A DNA stretch of 53,455 nucleotides from an archaeon (GCA_030679115.1 JAUXTS010000009.1:1-53455); one strand, 5' to 3'. Positions 8,165 through 17,791 are shown, counted from the stretch's first letter. Notes: generated from the sequence alone by a model not told the origin. Numbers and translations are program-made.

Positions 8165-9993
8165 ATAAACGAGGGCAATTGACAATGATTATCATAGTCG
8201 CTTTAGTAATCGTGGCAATGATTGCAACATATTTCTTGGTAAGAGGAGCTATATTTCAAGGAGGAATTTCAAGCGAATTCCAGCCAATATATGATTCTTA
8301 TAGTTCCTGTATAGAAGACAAGGCAAAAACTGCTCTTCAAATTGCAGGAACGCAAGGAGGCTATGTCTATTCACAGCCTTTCCTTCCGGGAAGTGAATAT
8401 GCTCCTTCCTCATCGCAATTGAACTTCTTGGGATTTGGAGTGCCTTATTGGTTTTATATTACTGGAAATGGATTAATAAAAGAACAAATGCCTTCTCAAA
8501 TTCAAATAGAACAAGAAATAGCAAGATATGTTGAAGAAAATATAAGAGATTGCAATAACTTTGAACAATTTTATGCTCGAGGCTATATGATAGAATTTGC
8601 AGAACCTGAAGTTATAGTATCAATTAAAGAAACACAAGTAGACATAAATGTTAATGCCCGAGTTTCTGCATCATTGGGAGAATCTTCTGCAACGAAAAGC
8701 AATCATGATGTTGCGATAACAAGTAAATTCGGCAAATTCTATAATTTGGCAAAGCAGATTTATAATAAAGAAAAATCAGAGGCTTTCCTTGAAAAATATG
8801 CCGTAGATGTTCTTAACTTATATGCTCCTGTAGATGGAGTAGATATAAGCTGTGCTCCAAAAATCTGGCAGACAAGAGAAGTTGCAGATACAATAAAAGA
8901 TGGATTAGTGGCAAATATAGGGACAATAAAATTAGATGGAGATTATTATTCTCTGGCAAATAAAAAACAGGAATATTTTGTAGTGAATCAAAAAGTTGAT
9001 GAATCAATAAATATGATTTATTCAAAAGATTGGCCTACTAAAATTGAAATTGCGGGAGATAATGGAGATTTGATGATAGCCGAGCCCGTAGGAAACAGCG
9101 AAGGTTTGGGAATAATGGGATTCTGTTATTCTCCATATCATTTTGTCTACGATGTTACTTTCCCTGTAATGATTCAAATATACAATAGTGAAGAAATATT
9201 CCAATTCCCAGTAATTGCGATAGTGGATAAGAATCTGCCTCGGGAAGGAATGGCTGTAAAAGCAGAAATTGAAGAAACAACTGATATCTGCCAATTTAAT
9301 ACTCAAGATATTAATGTGAAAGTTTATGATAGCACACTTAACCCTCTAAATGCTAACTTAAGTTATATCTGCTTTACTCAAGAATGTTCAATTGGACAAA
9401 CAAAGAATGGTGAACTTCGCGAAAAAGTCCCATCCTGTCTTAATGGCTATATTTTAGCAAGAGCAAACGGATTTACAGAGAAAAAACAATTATTTTCAAG
9501 CAATTCGGAAACACTTGCTGAAATATTTTTAGATAGGGAATATGAAGTTGAATTAGCGCTTAGCGTTGGAGGAAAATTCTTGAAAGATAATGCAGTAATA
9601 ACGTTTGAAGGAGCAAAATCCACAAGTGCCGTGCTTCCAGGTTCTTCAAAAGTAAAATTATCTGAAGGACTCTATAATATCACCGTCTATGTTTATGGAA
9701 ATTCAAGTATAACTATTCCTGCAACAACAAAAAGACAATGTGTATCTGTAGCTAAAGGCGGACTCGCAGGATTATTCGGCGGAACAGAAGAAAAATGCTT
9801 TGATATAAGTGTTCCTTCCACAAAGATAGAATATGCCCTGCTTGGCGGAGGAGCCAGTGAAGTATATCTTCTGCCTGAAGATTTAGAAAAAGGAAGATTA
9901 GAATTAAGCGTTGATTCGCTCCCAGTTCCAAAAACACTTGAAGAACTCGCAAACAATTATGAACTATTCAGCATGAAAGGAGTAACTATATGA
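8161..9993 (+). CDS. Large protein with archaeal type IV pilin-like (class III) signal peptide
   Basis: N-terminus MNKRG|QLTMIIIVALVIVAMIATYFLV (basic residues, Gly, hydrophobic helix). 610 aa, Cys-containing extracellular part. ATGA overlap with the next gene. Confidence 0.75.
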   Translation: MNKRGQLTMIIIVALVIVAMIATYFLVRGAIFQGGISSEFQPIYDSYSSCIEDKAKTALQIAGTQGGYVYSQPFLPGSEYAPSSSQLNFLGFGVPYWFYITGNGLIKEQMPSQIQIEQEIARYVEENIRDCNNFEQFYARGYMIEFAEPEVIVSIKETQVDINVNARVSASLGESSATKSNHDVAITSKFGKFYNLAKQIYNKEKSEAFLEKYAVDVLNLYAPVDGVDISCAPKIWQTREVADTIKDGLVANIGTIKLDGDYYSLANKKQEYFVVNQKVDESINMIYSKDWPTKIEIAGDNGDLMIAEPVGNSEGLGIMGFCYSPYHFVYDVTFPVMIQIYNSEEIFQFPVIAIVDKNLPREGMAVKAEIEETTDICQFNTQDINVKVYDSTLNPLNANLSYICFTQECSIGQTKNGELREKVPSCLNGYILARANGFTEKKQLFSSNSETLAEIFLDREYEVELALSVGGKFLKDNAVITFEGAKSTSAVLPGSSKVKLSEGLYNITVYVYGNSSITIPATTKRQCVSVAKGGLAGLFGGTEEKCFDISVPSTKIEYALLGGGASEVYLLPEDLEKGRLELSVDSLPVPKTLEELANNYELFSMKGVTI

Positions 9994-12900
9994 AAAAAAG
10001 TTTAATTTTCTTATTTGTATTTGTTTTCCTATTATCTTATGCAGCAGCTGCAACATTTACTCCTGCTCAAAGCACAAGTTTTGTAAATTATCAGAAAATG
10101 TCAAGTCTTGGATATTATGCTCCGGAAGGGAGATTATCAACATATTGGCCTCAAATGGATGAAGCAAATAAAGAAAGCTGCACTTCAAGACAGGATATTT
10201 TATTGCAGATAGCTCCAGGAGGATGTCAGCCGGCTGTTGTAAGAAGTGATTTGCTTGCCGAGCAAAATGTTCCGGTTTTCTGCCAAGTTATGGCTCTGCA
10301 GATTAATCCTTTGATAAATGTTCAAGAGATAAGCAATATAAGATTCACCGGAAACTATCCTAAAGAAATAGCTGGAACAGGATTCCATCCAGCAAAAGCT
10401 GCACTAAGAACAAATGATATTCTTCTCGGAAGCCCACTGACTAATAATATAGGTTATGTTGTAGTAATATTAAAGAAAAATGAAAAAGAAAGTTCCCTTC
10501 CTGATTTTGTAAATGTCACTCTCAGCGCACAAATAAGCTATGATGCAAAAAATGCATTTGGAATTGGAAGAAGTGATTTCATTCTTGAGCCAATGACTGA
10601 TGAACAATGGAATAAAGAAAAAGCAAAGCAATCGTTCTGGGGAGGAGCTTATTCAATACGAGCCGAAAGTGTAGAAAAAGATTATGCTGTTGTTTCAGTT
10701 TATTATCAAGACAGAAAAATATCAACTCAAAAAATAAAGAGAGGAGAAACTTCAAGTGATTTATATCTCCCAGGAATGTATTGCAGAGCCGCTCTGCAAT
10801 TGCAATTTGTAGATACAACTGTTGCACAAACACGGGCTAAATTAGAAATAAGAAGCGGAGACGGAACAGACACAGTAGATGTTTATTCAGGAAGCACATT
10901 CCTAAACGATAATTGCAGAGTAGAAAGTATAATTGCTTCTGCTGATGGTTCAACTGGAAATGTAACACTGAGATGCTCCCGAACAGGATTAAGTTCTGAA
11001 AGATTTACTCTATCCTTAAAGTCGGCAACTACTGGATTAATCACAGATAAAAATTTCGGAACTGATTTGGATATAAAGTTTAATGAAACAATAGAATCCT
11101 ATGAAAAAGTTATAGATTATCCGCAGGAAAGAGAAAACGATGCGAAGGAACTTCCAAGATATGGAGAAACTGCACTATCTGAAGCAATTGATTTCGCAAG
11201 AAGTTATGGAAAAACTTCAACCGAATCAAGATTAATAAAAAAATTCATGGAAACTTATCCAGATTCCCAACTAATAAATTCCAAAGGGTATCAAGCCAGA
11301 CTGGACGAAATTGGAAAAACAGACGATTCAAATGCAGTTTACAGCATTGAGATAAGCAACTCTTTCAAATCTATAAGACTTGCTGGGTTTGTTCAGCCTA
11401 AAGAACAGCCTGCAGCTTATCTATCAATTGATTCACAAATAGAAAAACTTGTTATTGGAACTAAAAAAACATTCTTTATAAAAGATAGTGCTGGAAGAGA
11501 TATTGAAAAATATATTATAATAAAAACTCTTGATACAAATAAAGTTGTTCTTGATACAAACTGTGAAGAAGCAGGAACTCTTTTTGGAGTTGAGCTTCTT
11601 CTTGACAACCCTGAAAGAGTATCCAAAACTCTTTGCGGACACGTTATTGGAATAAATAGAATAGAGACAACAGAATCTGCAAAAATAAGAGTTATTCCTT
11701 CATTCAAGGATACACGAACTGAAACTAATCTCACAGTCGCAATAGGAATTGAAAAAAGAGCCATTCAATTATCTCCTGTAAAAACACAGGAAAAAATCAC
11801 TGAACTGAATAAAACAATAATTAAATGGGAAGGTATATCTAACAATCTCGCAAAAGTTGTTACTGGAATGAAAGGGGCCTGCTTTGCTACAGCTGCAACT
11901 CTTACTTTCAAGAATTTCTTAGTTGGATTAAGTGGTGAAGCTCTTGCAAGACAAAAAGTTATGAATGGAGAAAGCGGTTGGAAAGAATTCTGTAAAAACG
12001 AACTTGCAAAAGAATCAAGCAAATATTCAAGCCTTGATGACTGCTTTAGTTCAAATTCAGATAAAATTGATAACGATGTTTCTCTTATGAGCACCCAGAT
12101 AAATAAATTAAACAATGATGTAAAAAGCATAGATTCCAGTTCAGTAGAAAAGGGCTCATTGGGAGAGAACAATGTAGATAGTGCTAAAGCCAGACAAGGT
12201 TATGTAGATTCAATCAAAAAAGAATTTCCAGATAATCCTATTGCACAAAAAGTAAATACTGGCATGACAACTGATGAATTGAGAAATACTTGGCTTCATC
12301 TAAGATTAAATAAAAACCAAGCCAGTTTAAGTGAAGAAGGAAAAACAAGAGTTAATAATGAACTTGGCAAAATCAACAAGCAGATTGAAGAAGAAATAGC
12401 TTTCCAGAAAAAATACACTTCCGCACAGCAACTTACCGGAAAAGGATATGCTACTCCTTTCTATGGAGCCGAATTTGCAAAGAGTGTAAGTTATGCAGAT
12501 GTCCGTCCTCTAACTGGAATCTCTTCTAGTGATGCTATATCAACTCAACTAAAAACCAATTCTGATATTACAGCAACTTCAACTATAATGACTGCTAACG
12601 GAGCTTATATTCTTGGATTGCAAGATGCACAAGGAACAGGAAATTATATTCCAAAAATGGCTATAAATGCCGACACAAATAAAGTCGTAACAGGAACAGA
12701 ACTTTCTCAGTTAATGTCACTCAATGGCATCGGAGCAATAAAAAAAGCAGATTCATCAACATATAACAATCCTATGAGAACTGCCGAAGTTAAATATTAT
12801 GAAACCGAGCCTTACAAAGGAATGCCTGCAATAGTTCCATTTGATACGCAAAGAGGCTGGTATGCTGCAACTAAACAAACTATTCCGGCTTTAGGAGGAA

Positions 12901-15431
12901 TAGGTGCATTTGATGCTTCAGGAAGAGTTGCAAGTTTCTGGTTATGCAACGCGGGAGAGGGAGGAGTAATAGAATTTGAGCAATCTGGATTTGGAAATGA
13001 TGTATGCGAACAAATTAATCTTCAAACTGGACAATCCTATGATATGTTCCCAGGATTATCCCCGACCGAAACAAAGAGTCTTGTAAATAAAGCAATTAAT
13101 TCACTTACCGAAGCATCAAGACAATATAAGGGCGGAGTCTCTTCAATTTCAATCCAAGGCACGCAGATTAAAGTTGGAAAGCCCGCTATAAATATTGCAG
13201 AAACAACTTGTTCAGATTTCATGAGTCCGAAAGAATGTTTGTTAATGTTCAATCTCTGCGACCCAGTAATTTGTCCTACAAGTAGATGTGACCTTGGCGG
13301 AAAATATCCTGTATCTGATGTAGTCCAAACAGGAATAGTTGGAAGCGTATTCTTATGTCTTCCAAATATAAGAGAAGGAATAGCCATGCCTGTCTGTCTT
13401 ACTGGAATTCAAGCAGGAATAGATTCTTATCTTTCTGTGATGAAATCCTACAGAAATTGTCTGCAGGAAAATCTAAACACGGGGCAGATGATTGGAGTAT
13501 GCGACCAGGTTTATTCAGTCTATCAATGTGAATTCTTCTGGAGACAGGTTGCCCCAGTTGCAAATGTCATCCTTCCAAAATTAGCCGAGCTTGCTTACGG
13601 ACAAGGAACACGAGGCGGAGGAGAATATCTTACCGTAAAATCCTCTTGGGATAACATGCAAAACTCAATAAATTATTTCAAAGAGAGCTATGCAGTAAAT
13701 TCTCTAAAGGCATTCCAAGCACGTTCAGTTGAAGAAGCAGGAGGAGAATTCTGCAAAGGATTTATCTCGCTTAAGAGCCCTAAGAAAATACAGAGTTTGC
13801 TCGAACCTGAAAGTCCTCCTCAATTTTATGCATCATTTAGTTCAACCACATTCACAACAGCCACAGTCCCAGCAACTGCCCAGTATAAAGTATTTTATCA
13901 TATATTCGCAGGAAAAGATGCTGGAACATATTACACAGTTTATCTAAAAAGTGGAACAGGCACATCATTTTATTATCTTCCTGCTACTGTACAAGTTACA
14001 TCTGGATTCATAACAAAAGGGGAATTCAAATCTGAAACAAAAGACTTCACTGCCCCAGATGGATACAAAGAACTTTGTGTAAGAATAAATGAAGAAGAAA
14101 AATGTGGATTCAAGCAGGTTTCAACCGATTTCGCAGTTAATTATCTTAAAGATTCTTATGTTCAAAGCGAAATTGAAAAGGGAGAAATAACAACTGAAAA
14201 AGAATGTGTTAGCGGAAGTCCAAGCGTCGGTTCATTAATTGCAAATACAAATCCTCAATCTGCTTTAGAAGAAACCGCAACTCCTGAAATTTACAATAGG
14301 GGAATAGTCCGAGTCTGTGCAACATCTAACCCTGGAAGTTCAGTAGATGCCACAAGATTTGTAGCTAAAGGATATTGTGGAGATAAAAAAATAATATGCT
14401 GGCTGGATACAAGAAGTGTAGGTAACGCTATAACTGATGCAAATAAAGGATTGCAAAAAGAAACTCTTCAAAATCTCCAACAGACAACCGAGCAAAACCT
14501 CGTTGCAAGCGGAGAATTTGATACTGAAAGCGCATCAACAAAAAACATCGCAGATTTGAGAGTATCAGCCAAAGAGGTAAGCAAAGTCAAAGGAAAAACC
14601 TCTATTGAAAAAGCAACAAACGTATTAATAAAAGCAAACGAAGTTTTGAGAACAGCCGAGACTATATTTTCCAAACTTTATCTTAATAATCAGAAAGCTG
14701 AAGTTCTTTTGATTGAAGCACAAGTAAAGAGAATTATTGCTGATGCCACTAGTCCCGCAGTTGCACCTACACCCGAAGTAGTTCCTAATGCTCCTGCTAC
14801 GACGCCTCCTGCAACTCCTGCAACATGTGGTAATAATAAAATAGACGAAAATGAGCAATGTGATTATACTGCTAATCCTGAATTTAAAATAGGTATGTCA
14901 ACATGCAATGAAATTTATGGAGCAGATTATAGCGGAACGCTCATATGTGATAACGATTGCAAAATTGATTTTGGAGATTGCGTCAATGCGGAAGGAACTC
15001 CTTCAGATTCAACATCAATACTTGGTTTCCAGATAACTCCTAATAAACTTTGGGCTGATTTAACAGATGAAGAGCTAAAAAAAGTTATTGCCGATAAATG
15101 GAGCGAAGAAAGCTGGGATAATACCTATTTAGCTAGTGCAGAATCCAAAGTGCCCTCTTCAACAATTCAATTCACCCTAAAAGAAGATAGCTACGTCTTT
15201 GGATTTGGAAATATACAAAGAATATTCCAAAGTAATGAAGATACTCATCTTTATATTAGAAATGAATTTATTTATGCAGATATTTCTGGAACAGACCAAC
15301 CAGTTGGAGTTACTCCTTCAGGTACTCGCATAGTTCTTGATAAAACAAAATATAGTTTATATGATATTTTAAATCAAAATAATTTTGATTTAATTAATGG
15401 TAAAAAAATAGAAGGAACTCAATTAGTCTAG
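9990..15431 (+). CDS. Giant secreted/surface protein (1813 aa)
   Basis: Sec-type signal MKKSLIFLFVFVFLLSYAAAATF. Many Cys residues. Pro/Thr/Ala linker TSPAVAPTPEVVPNAPATTPPATPA followed by CGNNKIDENEQCDY...C...C...C (Cys-rich repeat of the CG-x-G-x-id-x-gE-x-CD type). No C-terminal TM segment. Confidence 0.85.
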   Translation: MKKSLIFLFVFVFLLSYAAAATFTPAQSTSFVNYQKMSSLGYYAPEGRLSTYWPQMDEANKESCTSRQDILLQIAPGGCQPAVVRSDLLAEQNVPVFCQVMALQINPLINVQEISNIRFTGNYPKEIAGTGFHPAKAALRTNDILLGSPLTNNIGYVVVILKKNEKESSLPDFVNVTLSAQISYDAKNAFGIGRSDFILEPMTDEQWNKEKAKQSFWGGAYSIRAESVEKDYAVVSVYYQDRKISTQKIKRGETSSDLYLPGMYCRAALQLQFVDTTVAQTRAKLEIRSGDGTDTVDVYSGSTFLNDNCRVESIIASADGSTGNVTLRCSRTGLSSERFTLSLKSATTGLITDKNFGTDLDIKFNETIESYEKVIDYPQERENDAKELPRYGETALSEAIDFARSYGKTSTESRLIKKFMETYPDSQLINSKGYQARLDEIGKTDDSNAVYSIEISNSFKSIRLAGFVQPKEQPAAYLSIDSQIEKLVIGTKKTFFIKDSAGRDIEKYIIIKTLDTNKVVLDTNCEEAGTLFGVELLLDNPERVSKTLCGHVIGINRIETTESAKIRVIPSFKDTRTETNLTVAIGIEKRAIQLSPVKTQEKITELNKTIIKWEGISNNLAKVVTGMKGACFATAATLTFKNFLVGLSGEALARQKVMNGESGWKEFCKNELAKESSKYSSLDDCFSSNSDKIDNDVSLMSTQINKLNNDVKSIDSSSVEKGSLGENNVDSAKARQGYVDSIKKEFPDNPIAQKVNTGMTTDELRNTWLHLRLNKNQASLSEEGKTRVNNELGKINKQIEEEIAFQKKYTSAQQLTGKGYATPFYGAEFAKSVSYADVRPLTGISSSDAISTQLKTNSDITATSTIMTANGAYILGLQDAQGTGNYIPKMAINADTNKVVTGTELSQLMSLNGIGAIKKADSSTYNNPMRTAEVKYYETEPYKGMPAIVPFDTQRGWYAATKQTIPALGGIGAFDASGRVASFWLCNAGEGGVIEFEQSGFGNDVCEQINLQTGQSYDMFPGLSPTETKSLVNKAINSLTEASRQYKGGVSSISIQGTQIKVGKPAINIAETTCSDFMSPKECLLMFNLCDPVICPTSRCDLGGKYPVSDVVQTGIVGSVFLCLPNIREGIAMPVCLTGIQAGIDSYLSVMKSYRNCLQENLNTGQMIGVCDQVYSVYQCEFFWRQVAPVANVILPKLAELAYGQGTRGGGEYLTVKSSWDNMQNSINYFKESYAVNSLKAFQARSVEEAGGEFCKGFISLKSPKKIQSLLEPESPPQFYASFSSTTFTTATVPATAQYKVFYHIFAGKDAGTYYTVYLKSGTGTSFYYLPATVQVTSGFITKGEFKSETKDFTAPDGYKELCVRINEEEKCGFKQVSTDFAVNYLKDSYVQSEIEKGEITTEKECVSGSPSVGSLIANTNPQSALEETATPEIYNRGIVRVCATSNPGSSVDATRFVAKGYCGDKKIICWLDTRSVGNAITDANKGLQKETLQNLQQTTEQNLVASGEFDTESASTKNIADLRVSAKEVSKVKGKTSIEKATNVLIKANEVLRTAETIFSKLYLNNQKAEVLLIEAQVKRIIADATSPAVAPTPEVVPNAPATTPPATPATCGNNKIDENEQCDYTANPEFKIGMSTCNEIYGADYSGTLICDNDCKIDFGDCVNAEGTPSDSTSILGFQITPNKLWADLTDEELKKVIADKWSEESWDNTYLASAESKVPSSTIQFTLKEDSYVFGFGNIQRIFQSNEDTHLYIRNEFIYADISGTDQPVGVTPSGTRIVLDKTKYSLYDILNQNNFDLINGKKIEGTQLV

Positions 15432-15470
15432 TGCAGGGAATTCTATCCTAATCCTCCTATATCGAAGATA

Positions 15471-15556
15471 TATGCGGAGAACAGGTACTAGCAGAACTTC
15501 GTTCCGCGGTAACTCCAACATTTACATGTTGAAGTATTCGAAATTCGAATCCTTTA
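15471..15556 (-). repeat. tRNA-Leu trailer element: inverted T-arm copy, T-loop copy, hairpins H1 and H2, repeat of the tRNA 3' end
   Basis: In tRNA sense: TAAAGGATTCGAA-TTTCGAAT-ACTTCAACATGTAAATGTTGGAGT-TACCGCGGAACGAAGTTCTGCTAGTA-CCTGTTCTCCGCATA. The last 15 nt match the tRNA end CCTGTTCCCCGCATA with one mismatch. Confidence 0.8.
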
Positions 15557-15640
15557 TGCGGGGAACAGGATTCGAACCTGTGTAAGCACTAAGCTACTTG
15601 GTCCTAAGCCAAGCCCATTTGACCACTCTGGCATCCCCGC
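15557..15640 (-). tRNA. tRNA-Leu (anticodon TAG), class II with long variable arm
   Basis: GCGGGGATGCCAGAGTGGTCAAATGGGCTTGGCTTAGGACCAAGTAGCTTAGTGCTTACACAGGTTCGAATCCTGTTCCCCGCA. It has a CTTGG/CCAAG anticodon stem, loop CT-TAG-GA, and T arm ACAGG-TTCGAAT-CCTGT. Confidence 0.9.
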
Positions 15641-15729
15641 AAATCTGAGATTTGTGGGCATTGGGATGAAATCCCTCAGCCCGCATAAATTAAAGTAATA
15701 AAAGAGTGTTTTAAATTTAACTAATAGAA

Positions 15730-16053
15730 TCAAGCTACAATCAAATCTTCTCTCAAGGCAGTTCTCTTAGCAAGAATCCAATCAAGTTTTATCAAATTGC
15801 TCACAAAAGAATGAGTTACATTCAATTTATAATAATCTGACTTTCCAATTCTCCTGGTTTTAACAACCATTCCGGAAATTATGAAGTGAGGAAAAAAAGT
15901 TTTTAGAGAGTTATAGCTGACATTTGCTCCTCTTGCAATTTCAGTCACAGGAAAATCAAAAAACTGATTATCTATCAAAAAATCAATTACTCGTAGTTGT
16001 GGAGTATCTCCGAACTGCATCAAAAACAGCGATTTATTTTCTTTAGTTTTCAT
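15730..16053 (-). CDS. Winged-helix DNA-binding protein (putative transcription regulator)
   Basis: 107 aa. LRVIDFLIDNQFFDFPVTEIARGANVSYNSLKTFFPHFIISGMVVKTRRIGKSDYYKLN looks like a wHTH fold. Confidence 0.55.
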   Translation of the reverse strand: MKTKENKSLFLMQFGDTPQLRVIDFLIDNQFFDFPVTEIARGANVSYNSLKTFFPHFIISGMVVKTRRIGKSDYYKLNVTHSFVSNLIKLDWILAKRTALREDLIVA

Positions 16054-16154
16054 GATTATTATTCTTATTATTCTTATTATTTAAATCTTTCTATTACTGA
16101 TACCATTATTTCATTAATGGAAACATTTATAATTAAGCTTTTTCAAATATATTC

Positions 16155-16415
16155 ATGTCTTTTGATTTGGAAAAAGCACAGGGGATGTTCAAATTAACCA
16201 GAAAAAATAATTGGAATGCCTGCTATGACAGATTAGAGCATTTCAAAAGATTTGAAAATCTAAAATCCATAATAAAAGAACTTTCTAATATCAACTGGAT
16301 AATAATTCACAAAAAGCCAAATTTTATAGGAATATCTCTAAATACCAAATTCAAAAAAGAGGTAGTAGAATTTATAGAAAAACATATGCCTCATCTTAAG
16401 GGAGTAATACAATAA
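16155..16415 (+). CDS. Hypothetical protein
   Basis: 86-aa ORF with an ATG start. No family recognised. Confidence 0.45.
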   Translation: MSFDLEKAQGMFKLTRKNNWNACYDRLEHFKRFENLKSIIKELSNINWIIIHKKPNFIGISLNTKFKKEVVEFIEKHMPHLKGVIQ

Positions 16416-17339
16416 CTACTTATCTGTAGAATTAGCAACCTTTGCCTTAAGTTTTTCTTCCAAATCAAGTCTGTCAATTAATTCTTTGTATCTGTTTCTG
16501 ATTGTAACTTCAGTTATTCCTGCAACATCTGCAACTTCTCTCTGTGTCTTCTTTTCATCATGTACTAAAGCTGCAACATAAAGTGCAGCAGCTGCAATTC
16601 CAGCAGGCCCTCTTCCAGAAGTCAATTCTGAAATATCTGCTTTCTTTAAAATTTTCAAAGCTTCATTTTGTGTTTTCGGACTTAAATGCAAAATAGAAGA
16701 AAATCTTGGAATATAATCTTTAGGAGAACTCGGAGTTACTTTGATTTTCAACTTTCTTACTATAAATCTATAAGTTCTTCCAATTTCTTTCCTTTCAACA
16801 TCGGATGCTCCTGCAATTTCATCTAAAGTTCTTGGAATATTGTATGAACGGCATGCCGCATAAATACACGCAGCAATTACAGATTCCATTGACCTTCCAC
16901 GAACAAGTCCTCTCTGTAATACAAAATTATAAACTCTTGACGACTCATCCCTTACAACTGAAGGCAGATTCAAGAATGAAGCAACCCTTCTAAGTTCAGC
17001 CATAGCAAGTCTAAGATTTCTTTCTATAGATGTTGATACTCTTTCCTGCCATTTTTTCAATCTAAGAAACTTTCTTGTCTGCCCTGCTTCCAAACGATAA
17101 ATATCTGATATTTCTCCTACATTTGTTGTTAATCCCTTATCAAATTTTTGCAAAGAAATCGGTGCTCCACCACGTCCTTTCTTGTCAGATTTATCAAATT
17201 GTCCGCCCATATCCTGTCCGGTATCAACCATCTTCTCTTCTACTATCAATCCGCACTCATTGCATATTATCTCACCTTTTTGGTCATCATAAGTTAAGTC
17301 TACACTTCCGCATTCAGGGCATCTTTTAACATATGTCAT
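16416..17339 (-). CDS. tfb: Transcription initiation factor IIB (TFB)
   Basis: N-terminal zinc ribbon CPECGS...CNECG, B-linker, and two cyclin-like repeats with the HTH TQREVADVAGITEVTIRNRYKEL. Confidence 0.95.
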   Translation of the reverse strand: MTYVKRCPECGSVDLTYDDQKGEIICNECGLIVEEKMVDTGQDMGGQFDKSDKKGRGGAPISLQKFDKGLTTNVGEISDIYRLEAGQTRKFLRLKKWQERVSTSIERNLRLAMAELRRVASFLNLPSVVRDESSRVYNFVLQRGLVRGRSMESVIAACIYAACRSYNIPRTLDEIAGASDVERKEIGRTYRFIVRKLKIKVTPSSPKDYIPRFSSILHLSPKTQNEALKILKKADISELTSGRGPAGIAAAALYVAALVHDEKKTQREVADVAGITEVTIRNRYKELIDRLDLEEKLKAKVANSTDK

Positions 17340-17428
17340 TGGTAATTAAGGAAACAAAAGGTTTATAAAGGAATTGCAAAGAGGGTATTTAAATCTTTCT
17401 AATTATTTTAAAAATTATCGTCGGAAAA

Positions 17429-17791
17429 CTATTTTCCAATAAGAACTGCATTGACATGTCCTTCTTGAGATGGACGATTGGTAATTCTTGCTTTTCCTAA
17501 AGAAGTTAATATAATTGCTCCCTTAACCAATCTGTTCTGTCGGGCAAAAAACTTATTCTGCGGAGTTTCTTCTACATTGATTATTTTTGCTTTTTTTGCT
17601 TTTCCCTTTTCAATAACATTGGCTATATCTGATTTGAGAACAAAAGTTTTCTTATTGCCTCCCAAAATCCTGATAATTTTTCTTTTTAGCTCTCCCAAAA
17701 ATACTCTCTTCTCCTGTCCTTTTCTTTCCAGCTTTCTGGTTTTTCTAAACTTGTGATATTTTCCGCCGGTTATCTTTCTTCCGTAATTCAT
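17429..17791 (-). CDS. rps8e: 30S ribosomal protein S8e
   Basis: MNYGRKITGGKYHKFRKTRKLERKGQ... Start trimmed to the internal ATG at 17791. Confidence 0.85.
   Translation of the reverse strand: MNYGRKITGGKYHKFRKTRKLERKGQEKRVFLGELKRKIIRILGGNKKTFVLKSDIANVIEKGKAKKAKIINVEETPQNKFFARQNRLVKGAIILTSLGKARITNRPSQEGHVNAVLIGK

Noticed and set aside
7745-8178. Track ORFs 7745-7960 (+) and 7969-8178 (-)
   Set aside because: The first starts inside tRNA-Thr and reads through its intron and trailer. The second is antisense to a better small ORF (8033-8164) that has a Shine-Dalgarno-like site and an ATGA overlap with the downstream gene.
9990-15431. Giant protein as a diversity-generating retroelement target
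   Set aside because: No reverse transcriptase gene is present, and I could not spot any template/variable repeat pair near the 3' end of the gene or elsewhere in the window.
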